Shown in pieces: positions 1 through 64,000 of a stretch of DNA of 64,000 bases. This stretch comes from Chrysomallon squamiferum. Lineage: Eukaryota > Animalia > Mollusca. The position numbers and the translations under genes are program-made. The notes under the pieces were generated by a model. The model worked only from the letters and a program-made list of their open reading frames with translations. It did no database searches and was not told the DNA's origin. Every line of letters begins with the position of its first letter. Positions within the stretch are counted from its first letter, which is position 1. The stretch is taken from NCBI GenBank assembly GCA_012295275.1, contig CM022668.1, forward strand, positions 11,470,001-11,534,000. Direction: 5' to 3'.

Positions 1-10
1 TCCAAGTTCA

Positions 11-48
<38 letters not shown>

Positions 49-352
49 TAGAGTTTTGAACCAATAGTTAAAAGGAGTGTTTTGTGTGTATGTGTAGACG
101 TACTTCTTTGACTGCTTATTCCAAAACATAATCCGACAGAGTACGCCATAGCAGAAACATATAAATATCCCCGTTCCATCTGTCAAATTAAATTATAACT
201 AAATAACTAACAAAATAAATAAATAAATAAATAAATAAATAAGCATTCAAATATTGTTGTTTTATTTAACCGTTTTTATAATGAAGACCATTTTGAAGAA
301 AAAGCAAATTTCAATAATAGACAAAACGTGATTCGTAAATTCAAATAAAATA

Positions 353-489
353 CAGTGGTACCTCGACTTGCGAGTTTAATTCGTTCCGTGACTGAGGTCG
401 TAAATCAAATTTGCTCGTATGTCAAATCAATTGTCCCAAATAAAATTAATTGAAATACCATTAATCCGTTCCTACCCATAACCCACCCC

Positions 490-528
<39 letters not shown>

Positions 529-1013
529 TGTATTTTATAAATGACAAATATTGTATAAAAAAAAAAAAAAAAAAGACAATGTAAAGGAATAAAATGTTTT
601 TTTAAAGTGTATTTTATCTTGGATATCATACAAATTATTTTAACGCCTTTCGCTGGAGTTACAGCCTTTATCGACTACACTGACACCTCGCTAATGTTCT
701 TCTATGAATTCATACTTTAATTCAATGGTTATCATCCGCTTCCTCTTCTCAGAACTGTCCTTTGCTGGCTTACGATCCATGGTCAGTTGTTCGTTGCTAC
801 ATAAAACGCAACACAACAGAACACAGATGCTTCCGGCCAGGTAGCCACTGAAGTAAACGAGTGAGACGCCCGATGCTGGCCGGGTCTTGTGTTAAATCAA
901 GCCCGTCCGTAAATCAGATTTTGGATCACAACTCAAAGCAAAAAATCGACCTCGTTACTGCTCGTAACTCGAAAAACTCGTAAGTTGGGCACTCGTAAGT
1001 CGAGGTACTACTG
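353..1013 (-). mobile_element. Tigger/pogo-like internally deleted DNA transposon (copy 1)
   Basis: ta|cagtggtacctcgacttgcgag ... ctcgtaagtcgaggtactactg inverted termini; same flanks as copy 2, so it was duplicated with the segment. Confidence 0.8.
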
Positions 1014-1069
1014 CATTTGTCTCGGAACTGTACTACTCTTTAGTCTTTTGACTCTTAAATATTATACGG

Positions 1070-1135
<66 letters not shown>

Positions 1136-2314
1136 GGCTTGTGATACCATCGAGCTTTGTTATTATTAAAATCAAATAAAATGTGATAGCTAATTTTTGT
1201 CTTGGGAAATACCTAATTCAGTCCTGTAGCGTATAAAATGTCCCGTGTTCAGTTTAAATCACTGGTAGGATGTACAAATGTCAATAGACAGTCTTTCAAG
1301 TTTCCGCAAGTGAACACGTTATTTTTTATTTTATTTTTTTTTATTTTATAAATATAGGTCGGTATCGAATTTCGTCAAACAATACTTTTATCACTAGTTA
1401 CTCTGTTCTTGTGGCAGGAAAAAAAAATGAACTGAAAATCTTAGTAACAGAAAGAAAAAAAAAAAAATTAAAAAAACAGAATAGAAAATAGAACTTAATA
1501 TCTTCTGTATTATATTATCTGTACATCTAGTTCTTTTTTCAGTTGTTTTTTTTCCATGTAGGTAACCGTTAATTAATTCTGTATGGTGAAATAATGACTT
1601 GATACAGCTATATTTACGCACATTTTCACTGGAGTAGGTTTACGACAAAACATTTTTTTTTTTTTTTTTTTTTCCATGTCCATGGTAATCGTTAATTAAT
1701 TCTGGGTGAATTAATGACTTGATACAGGTTGTTTACGCACATTTGTAGGTTAGGGTTTGTGTATGACAAAACAATTTTTTTTTTTTTTTTTTGAACCTTA
1801 TTCATTGAGACTCATTGTTGTTGTTTGTTTGCTTGCTTATATAGAGTTACCAAACCTTTCATCCGGCTTCCAGATATCCTGAAAAATCCGGGTATTCTGG
1901 AAAATGGCCACCTTTGAATTTGGACCCGCTGTACTTTAGTTTCCACGACATCAATTCAAGTGAGAGACCTACTCTTACGTCAGTTTTGTGTTTTACTTTA
2001 ATTTTTGCTTTATTAACTGTATCTAATAGTCTAGAAGAAACGTATTGGAAAGAGTATCCTTTGTTAGTATTTCTGTATTGTTGTTGTTGTTGTTTTTTTT
2101 TTTCTAAATTTAATTTGTTTTTGTTATTTATTTCTGAAACTTTTTCTGACACATAAGTAAGAAATAATGAGAAATATGCATTTTATTTACATACAAGCAT
2201 ACATACATCCATACATATATACATAAAGCATACGTATACACATAGATACATACATACATACACATACATGCATGCATGCATATATATATACACATACATA
2301 AATAAATATCTAAT

Positions 2315-2357
<43 letters not shown>

Positions 2358-2463
2358 TGGCAATACATAGGTCAGTACTAACAAAAACAAGCCACTTAGT
2401 TTTACAATAAAACTGTCCAAACCGCAACGTAATGTTCATTACGGTAATGTAAATAATCTCCAA

Positions 2464-16406
<13,943 letters not shown>

Positions 16407-16418
16407 CTTGGAAAAATA

Positions 16419-16446
16419 ATACGTCAAAGGTTTGTTCGTGACGTCA
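16419..16446. promoter_or_regulatory. CRE + half-CRE upstream of gene A putative start
   Basis: TGACGTCA at 16439-16446 and TGACGTAT (minus) at 16419-16426. Confidence 0.5.
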
Positions 16447-16870
16447 TTAGCATGGTCTATTCGTTTATCATTAAATCATAATCGGTTCGAAATCTTTAAA
16501 ACTGCATATAATCAAGAAACAGGGCCGAAGAAAGGCGAATATACAAATATGTCCATTTTTCGACTGAACAGTTCCCTTTTTCTTTTTTTTTTTTTTTTTT
16601 TTGTTTTGAACCAAATGTTAAAAGGAATGTTTTGTTTGTATGTGTAGAGGTACTTCTTTGACTAGTTAATCCAAAACATAATCCGACAGAGTACGCCAAG
16701 AAACATATAGATATTCCCGTTCCATCCTTCAAATTAAATTATAACTAAATAAATAAATAAGCATTCAAATATTGCTGTTTTATTTAACCTTTTCCTTAAT
16801 GAAGACCAGTTTGAAGAAAAAGCAAATTTCAATAATAGACAAAACGTGATTCGTAAATTCAAATCAAATA

Positions 16871-17551
16871 CAGTGGTACCTCGACTTACGAGTTTAATTC
16901 GTTCCGTGACTGAGCTCGTAAATCAAATTTGTTCATATAGCAAATGAATTTTCCCAAATGAAATTAACTGAAATACCATTAATCCGTTTCCAGTGCTTTT
17001 AAATAAGAAAATTGTATTTATAAATGACAAATATTGTATAAAAAAAAAAAATAAATAAATAAAATAAAAAAAAGACGAACGAGAATGTAAAGATATAAAT
17101 TGGTTTTGTAAAGTGTATTTATTTTGGATATCAGACAAATTATTTTAACGCCTTTCGCTGGAGTTACAGCCTTTATCGACTCCGTCTGCTTCAGTATGGT
17201 ACTACGTTCGTTCTGCCTAGCCACATCGACTACACTGACACCTTACTAATGTTCTTCTATGAATTCATATTTTAATTCAATGGACATCATCCGCTTCCTC
17301 TTCTCAGAACTGTCCTTTGCACTCAGTTTCTTACGATCCATGGTCAGAAAAAAAGAAATTTGGCTAAATAAGGCACAAAACGCAAACACAACACAACAGA
17401 GATGTTTCCACGGCCAGGTAACCACGTGAAGTAAACGGATTTTGGATCGCAACTCAAAGCAAAAAATCGACCTAGCAACTGTTCGTAACTCGGAAAACGC
17501 GTAAGTCGGGGCACTCGTAAGTTGGGGCACTCGTAAGTCGAGGTACCGCTG
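16871..17551 (-). mobile_element. Tigger/pogo-like internally deleted DNA transposon (copy 2)
   Basis: TA|cagtggtacctcgacttacgag ... ctcgtaagtcgaggtaccgctg|TA. Residual transposase N-terminus MDRKKLSAKDSSEKRKRMMSIELKYEFIEEH (CENP-B/psq HTH-like start). Confidence 0.85.
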
Positions 17552-17608
17552 TATTTGTCTCGAAACTGTCCTACACATTACTCTTATGACTCTTAAATAT
17601 TATACGGA

Positions 17609-17676
<68 letters not shown>

Positions 17677-18620
17677 GGCTTGTGAAACCAACGAGCTTTG
17701 TTATTATTAAAATCAAATAAAATGTGACAGCTCACTTTTGTTTTGTGAAATAACTAATTCAGTCCTGTAGCATATAAAACTTCCCGTGTTCAGTTTAAAT
17801 CACTGGAAGGACGTACAAATGTCAATAGACACAGTATTTCAAGTTTCCGCAAGTGAATACGTTGTTTGTATTTTTTTTTTAATTTATAAATACAGCTTGG
17901 TATCGAATTTCGTTAGACAATACTTTTATCGCTAGTTACTCTGTTCTTGTGGGCGATAACAAACCCGGCTTCCAGATATCCTGAAAAAAAATCTGGGATA
18001 TTCTGGAAGCTGGCCACGTTGAAACCTTGAACAAAAATGAACGTGCTATAATCAGAGCAAGCTGTTGTGAAGCACGTCTACGACGGGCACGCTTTCTGAC
18101 AGGTCAGCGGGCGTGTCCGTCGCAGAAATGGCCACCTTTGAATTTGGACCCGCTGTACTTTAGTTTCCACGACGTTAATTCAAGTGAGAGACCTACTCTC
18201 ACGTCAGTTTAGTGTTTTACTTTAATTTTTGCTTTATTAACGTATCTAATAGTCTAGAAGAAACGTACTGGAAAGTGTATCCTTTGTTAGTATTTCTTTG
18301 CTTTTCTTTTTCTAAATTTAATTATGATTTCGTTATTTATTTCTGACACACAAGTAAGAAATAAAGAAAAATATGCATTTTATTTACATACATGCATATA
18401 TACATACATAAAGCATAAGTATACACACAGATACATACATACACCATACATACATGCATGCATGCATAAATACATACATAGACACATACACACATACATA
18501 TTTAATACATACATGCACACCCACACAAATGGCAATAACAAAAACAAGCCAATTAGTTTTACAATAAAACTGTCCAAACCGCAACGTAATGTTCATTACA
18601 GTAATGTAAATAATCTCCAA

Positions 18621-33933
<15,313 letters not shown>

Positions 33934-33952
33934 TACTCTACCTTAATTTCGT

Positions 33953-33977
33953 TGACGTCATTGTAATTCTGACGTCA
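33953..33977. promoter_or_regulatory. Twin palindromic CRE (TGACGTCA x2) upstream of gene B ATG
   Basis: TGACGTCA at 33953-33960 and 33970-33977. Confidence 0.6.
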
Positions 33978-34608
33978 GTCAGTTAAACACGTCCTGTTAT
34001 TTAATGAATGGAGGATAGTCGGAAAATTTACCAAATAATCTAAACTTCCAGCCGCCAACTGTTATGTATTAATAAATATACCATTAAGCGGTGGCAATGA
34101 ATGCTCTTGGAACATACAGTAATAACTGCTGAATTTAATACCTTGGCTTCGTGCAAATATTATTTTACTATGCCGAGAATGATTACGTTCTCATCCGGAA
34201 TCTTTGGACTGGCACGCAGAAATAGCGAAAAAGGATTTCGATGTATCCCAAAAGAAGTTAAAGTTCGTCAGTTTGGAAATAACAGGGGAAGGAATAATAG
34301 TAATAATAAATTAATACAGATCATACATTAAAAAAAAAAATAAAAAAAAATAAAATAAAAAAAAAAGGATGGCATTAATTAAGAAAGGTTTGAAAACTTT
34401 GTCCTTTAATTATTCCCCTCTGTCCCTATTTTGTGATTACGGGTAGAGACATCCAACACTCAGTCAACCGCTGATGTAAATACAGTTTTTGACGTTGCTG
34501 CTGTTGTTGTTGTTGTTGTTGTTGTTGCTGTTTTATATTGTTTGGTTGTTTTTTGTTTGTTTGTTTGTTTTATTTTTTTATTTTTTATTTTTTTGTGTGG
34601 AGGGTTTG

Positions 34609-34643
<35 letters not shown>

Positions 34644-34986
34644 CGTTTTTGTTTTTTGATAGGGGATATATTTTTTAAATTATTATTACCCCTCTATTTC
34701 TAAAATGTTCTGTGTCAACGCCCACATTTTCTTGCACTTAACCGTCATTGATTGAGTATGCTTTTGGTTTTGACTAAAGGTCTATAATCTTCAACGGAAC
34801 AAGCCAAATATTAACTGACAACTTGTAAATCAAGAAATCATTTTAAAAATTCTTCTTCAAAAATTGTAGCTTTACTCAGACATTCACATCAGTTGTTTCA
34901 GTGACGGATTATATTCGATACTTATTAAAGTAGAAAAATTAAATAAATAAATAAATTAAATTAAATAAAGGTATATATATATATAG

Positions 34987-35067
<81 letters not shown>

Positions 35068-35128
35068 TACAGAGAAAGAGAGATAGATAGAGAGAAAGAT
35101 AGAGAGATAGATAGACAGACAGAGAGAC

Positions 35129-35159
<31 letters not shown>

Positions 35160-35330
35160 TAGATAGGTAGAGAGATAGATAGAGAGAGAGAAAGATAGAG
35201 AGATAGATAGAGAGACAGCCAGAGAGACAGATAGATAGACAGACGATCAGACAGACAGATAGATATATAGATAGACAGATAGACTGACAGACAGACAGAC
35301 AGACAGGTAGGTAGGTAGGTAGGTAGGTAG

Positions 35331-35411
<81 letters not shown>

Positions 35412-35813
35412 CTAACATTTATTAAAAGTTAAATATGGAAAACAAACAAGACCGCATTCTTGTTAAAACAAAACGAAAAAGAACGGTCTACTTGGGCCGC
35501 GCAGTGTTCATGTTTTTCAACTTCTGCTTTCACAAAGTTAAACAAACACCAGTTTTCATTTGAAGAGAATTATAAAGATTTAACTAAACATTATCAAGAT
35601 TTTAGCAATAGTTGAAAGTTTGAATACTCTAAGCACATGTAGTCACTATAAAATTAATAGTCACTATAAAATAAATAAATAAATAAATAAATAATAAACC
35701 CCGTATCGTATGAAAACGTTTATCACACCAAAAACTATATTAAACATTAAGCAATCAATATGTAGCACCAGACCATTTCAGATACTACTTTCCTGATAGT
35801 CTTGGAAGACGTC

Positions 35814-35844
<31 letters not shown>

Positions 35845-36065
35845 CGGGGTTCTGAAAGCAAGAATTCTCATTCATCTACAGATTCCCATTATCTGCAACA
35901 TAAAACGTTTCAATTTTAAATTTTAAAATTTTATTTTGTTGTGGTGACTCATGACAAGTGTAGCACTGGTTTCGAGAGTCAAGATCAACTGAGTAGATTC
36001 GCATGAGTTAGGGGATTCCCAGTCACAGAGTCCAGAAGCACACTGAGCAACTGGTTGTTGAAACG

Positions 36066-37680
36066 CTGTACTTCAAGTAAATACGTTCAAGCAAGTATAT
36101 GATTGTGATCTAAGCTAATATGTGACTGTACTTCAAGTAAATACGTTCAAGCAAGTATATGATTGTGATCTAAACTAATATGTGACTGTACTTCAAGTAA
36201 ATATGTCTCCTGTTCAAGCAAGTATATGACTGAGATCTAAACTAATATGTGACTGTACTTCAAATAAATACGTTTACGTTCAAGCAAGTGTATGATTGTG
36301 ATCTAAACTAATATGTGACTATACTTCAAATAAATACGTCTGCTGTTCAAGCAAGTGTATGATTGTGATCTAAACTAATATGATTGTGATCTAAAAATAC
36401 GTTCAATATGTTGATCTAAACTAATATGTGACTGTTCAAGTAAATACGTCTGCTGTTCAAGCAAGTGTATGATTGTGATCTAAACTAATATGTGACTGTA
36501 CTTCAAGTAAATACGTTCAAGCAAATATGTTCTCAACTAATATGTGACTGTACTTCAAGTAAATATTCAAGATTGATTGATCTAAACTAATATGTGACTA
36601 TACTTCAAGTAAATACGTCTGCTGTTCAAGCAAGTGTATGATTGTGATCTAAACTAATATGTGACTGTACTTCAAATAAATACGTCTGCTGTTCAAGCAA
36701 GTGTATGATTGTGATCTAAACTAATATGTGACTGTACTTCAAGTAAATATGTTCAAGCAAGTGTATGATTGTGATCTAAACTAATATGTGACTGTACTTC
36801 AAGTAAATACGTTCAAGCAAGTATATGATTGTGATCTAAACTAATATGTGACTGTACTTCAAGTAAATACGTCTGCTGTTCAAGCAAGTATATGATTGTG
36901 ATCTCAACTAATATGTGACTGTACTTCAAATAAATACGTCTGCTGTTCAAGCAAGTATATGACTGAGATCTCAACTATGTGACTGCACTTCTCAACTAAT
37001 ACGTTTGTACTTCAAGTAAGTATATGATTGTGATCTTCAATATGTGACTATTTGAAATGTATTTTGTTCAATTAGTGTGTATCTGTGCTTAAATCTAAAC
37101 TATAAGTCTGTGCTTCAAGCTGCTGAAATGTATGACAGTAATCTTAAATAAATGTGTGTTTGTCAAGTCAACTAAGTATATGACTGTGATTCAACTAATA
37201 TGTATATAATTGTCTGCTTTCAAGTAAGGATATGACTGAGATCTCAACTATGTGACTGTACTTCAACTAATACGTTTGTACTTCAAGCTATGTATATAAC
37301 AGTGATTTAAATAAATGTGACTGTACTTTAAGTATAGTATATGTACTCAATTTCAAATAAATATATGAATGACTGTTTCAAATAAATATATGACTGTATA
37401 TGAGTTTGCTTCAAGTAAGTATATGACAGTGCTTCAAGTAAGTATATGTCTATTCTTCAAGTAAATATTTGACTGTAATTTGAATGAGTGTGACTGTGCT
37501 ATAAATAGGTATATGGCTGTGCTTCAAGTAAATATTTGACTGTAATTTGAGTTAGTGTGACTATGTGCTGTAAATAGGTATATGTCTGTGCTTCAAGTAA
37601 GTATATCACTGTAATTAAAATAAGTATATATATGTACTTCAAGTGATTTAAGTAATTGTAAATTTTAACGGCAGTTCAAG
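36066..37680 (+). repeat. Minisatellite, ~60-67-bp higher-order unit built from ~22-bp subunits
   Basis: Repeated tgactgtacttcaagtaaatacg(tctgctg)ttcaagcaagtgtatgattgtgatctaaactaatatg, decaying to ~22-bp monomers on the right. Confidence 0.9.
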
Positions 37681-37689
37681 TATTTACTG

Positions 37690-37782
<93 letters not shown>

Positions 37783-38147
37783 TGATGGAGAGGGGGTGAG
37801 AGGGACAGAAAGTGAGATGGAGAAAAAGGAAGAAGACTTGTAGAGAAAGATAGTAAAAATTTAAAAAACAATTTAAAAAATTAAAAATTAGCAGTAACAA
37901 AATTAAAAACAACAAGAATAGGAAAAAGTATAATAGTAATGTTTTACAAAGAGACAGCAATAATTAATACTCCTATCCGATACGCCTCACATGATATGTT
38001 AGTCACTGATAAAAACAAAATCTTCATTGCGTTTATATCGACGTTAATTTACATAACACAGCAAGACACTTTATCACAATCAAATGTGATTATTATTGTT
38101 ATTATTATTGTTATTATTATTATTATTATTATTGATTATTATTATTA

Positions 38148-38187
<40 letters not shown>

Positions 38188-38502
38188 AAAACTTGGAACC
38201 ATCAATATCGGTTTTCCTGCATCTAGATTTCAAAATTTTACAGCGATAGGATCCCCACCCCACCCTCAGCAGATTCGGCTCCCACCATCGCTCGTCGGCC
38301 TCCCCCACGGACACAGTCGTTCCGTCGGCCCTGCACGTAGCTGCTACGCACGTCCATCACTGAACCGGTACAAAACGTGTTAGAAGTGGCATCACCAAGA
38401 AAGATTAAAGTCCACCATCACTTATGCAATACAATTTTTTGTTGTTGTTGTTTTGTTGTTGTTTTTGAATTCCACCATCACTTATGCACCACAATATTTT
38501 AT

Positions 38503-38537
<35 letters not shown>

Positions 38538-38559
38538 TTATTGTTTTTGAATTCCACCA

Positions 38560-53117
<14,558 letters not shown>

Positions 53118-53136
53118 TACTCTACCTTAATTTCGT

Positions 53137-53161
53137 TGACGTCATTGTAATTCTGACGTCA
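53137..53161. promoter_or_regulatory. Twin palindromic CRE upstream of gene C ATG
   Basis: TGACGTCA at 53137-53144 and 53154-53161. Confidence 0.6.
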
Positions 53162-54099
53162 GTCAGTTAAACATGTCATGTTAATTAATGCCGTGCACAT
53201 ACGAAGAATGGGGAACAGTTCGACTACGAAATAATCAAAACGTTCAGCAAAGACTGTTGTATGTTAACAAAATATATCGACTTACCTAATAATATATATA
53301 TATTTTTTTTAAATGAATTTAATATAAGCTTCATGTAAATGGTATTAAACTAATTCATGTGTAATTATGTTCTGGCAATGTTCTACATTCAGAAGCAGCG
53401 GACTGGCCATTCCTGGGTTGGAATGAGGGAAATTTTCCATTTTAGTCCTGGAGAAATGAAAAAGAAAACGATAGCAGAGAATAAACTCTTTCATAACTTA
53501 ACTGCAACTGGTACAGTCGTTCACAGACTGTGAAGGCCTAGCATATTAAAAACGCATGTGTCGTTTAATTACAACAATTCTCAATTCTTAATGCTAAAAC
53601 TTATTAAATAATCAATGACAGTTTGTATAAAATTTCAATAATTTATCCAAGAAAATGAAAATATATATATTTTAATACTTTTTTTTAAATTTTTATTTAT
53701 TAAAATAATATTATTGGGTTTTTTAAAGGCCCAAGTAAACAAATTAAGTATCTGAATCTACGCAAAGATTACAGTCTTGTTTATTAAGTGTATATCCCTG
53801 TTTGGGCCTGACAGTATTTATGTTTATTTATGAAACTTGATGGTTCTGAAACCAGTATATCTATCTTCTTTATGAAAGAGTTATCAAGATCTAATTATAT
53901 ATTATTATTTTAAGATTTTAACACTAGTCAAAAAGTATCATGTATTGCCATCACCTGCAGCTATTACTTTCAAATAATTGTTTTATTTACCTTTGAATGG
54001 GACCAGATAACCAGCTTTTTTTTCTTCTTTTTTTTTCTGGGGTTAAGCAAACAAACAAACAATCAAACTTGAGACCAAATCAAATCAACCTGTACGCAA

Positions 54100-54107
54100 T
54101 GACGTCA
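54100..54107. promoter_or_regulatory. CRE upstream of gene D putative ATG
   Basis: TGACGTCA followed by a YY1-like AACAATGGCGG overlapping the ATG. Confidence 0.5.
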
Positions 54108-54119
54108 CGACTACAAACA

Positions 54120-63424
<9,305 letters not shown>

Positions 63425-64000
63425 GGTACAGGAGGTGGACGCTCAAGTCCAGGGCTGCATGATCTGTTTTGTACAACCACTACAACCAACAGACTTCTTC
63501 ATACGTAACACTGCTAGGTGTTAGGAGGTGGACCACTCAAGTCCAGCAATCACGTTAGTGTCGCTTTACTGTTTTGTGTTACCACTACAACCCACTGCTA
63601 TAGTGTGTTACCACTGCTATAACCACAGCAGGCTTCTTCAGCTTCAGATGCAGGGACTAGTGTGTTACCACTGCTAGTGTGTTACCACTGCTATAGTGAA
63701 ATACCAGTACTACTAGTGTATTGTTTTGCTGTTAGTTTCTAATGCTGATGCTGCTACGACTAAAACTTTGCTAGAAGTGAAATACTGTTAGTAATACACG
63801 CTATGACAGTTGGTAGTATACCACCACTAGCATATGACTGCTACTATTACTAGTACAAATAAACCACTGCTAACATTAGTAATACACTATGACAAAAGTT
63901 ACTAGTATACCACCACTAGTATATGATGCTACTACTACTACTACAACTAAAATTATACTACAAGTAAACCATTGCTAACATTAGTAATACACTATGACAA

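Noticed and set aside
36066-37680. CRISPR-like or coding repeat array
   Set aside because: No unique spacers, no long ORF, and it decays into 22-bp monomers.

Overview
AT-rich, microsatellite-dense animal genomic DNA with spliceosomal GT-AG introns. A lophotrochozoan, probably a mollusc, is inferred from gene content and is not proven. The window is a tandem cluster of four paralogous single-pass receptor genes built from symmetric phase-1 exons, each encoding one 8-Cys EGF/laminin-EGF-like module (MEGF10/SCARF/Draper-like repeat, with a characteristic R[H/K/N/Y]C core). Genes A (~2464-16406), B (18621-33933) and C (38560-53117) lie head-to-tail on the minus strand. Gene D (from 54120, running off the right end) is head-to-head with C across ~1 kb. 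A, B and C each have exactly 10 modules, a S/T/P-rich stalk, a 103-nt TM exon and a K/R-rich tail. The tails are nearly Tyr-free (no ITAM or NPxY) but share a DxxPLL dileucine motif. A and B are a recent ~15-kb duplication with a strong excess of amino-acid-changing differences in some modules. A appears chimeric: it has a thrombospondin type-1 (TSP1) exon that the ORF track does not show, a different 5' end, and a truncated EGF exon at the junction. Each predicted start has a perfect CRE (TGACGTCA) just upstream, and several minisatellites are amplified copies of splice junctions. Tigger, mariner and Tc1 remnants and a tRNA-derived SINE are also present. All exon boundaries were read by hand and need RNA-seq confirmation. 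Almost all long ORFs in the track are microsatellite artefacts.
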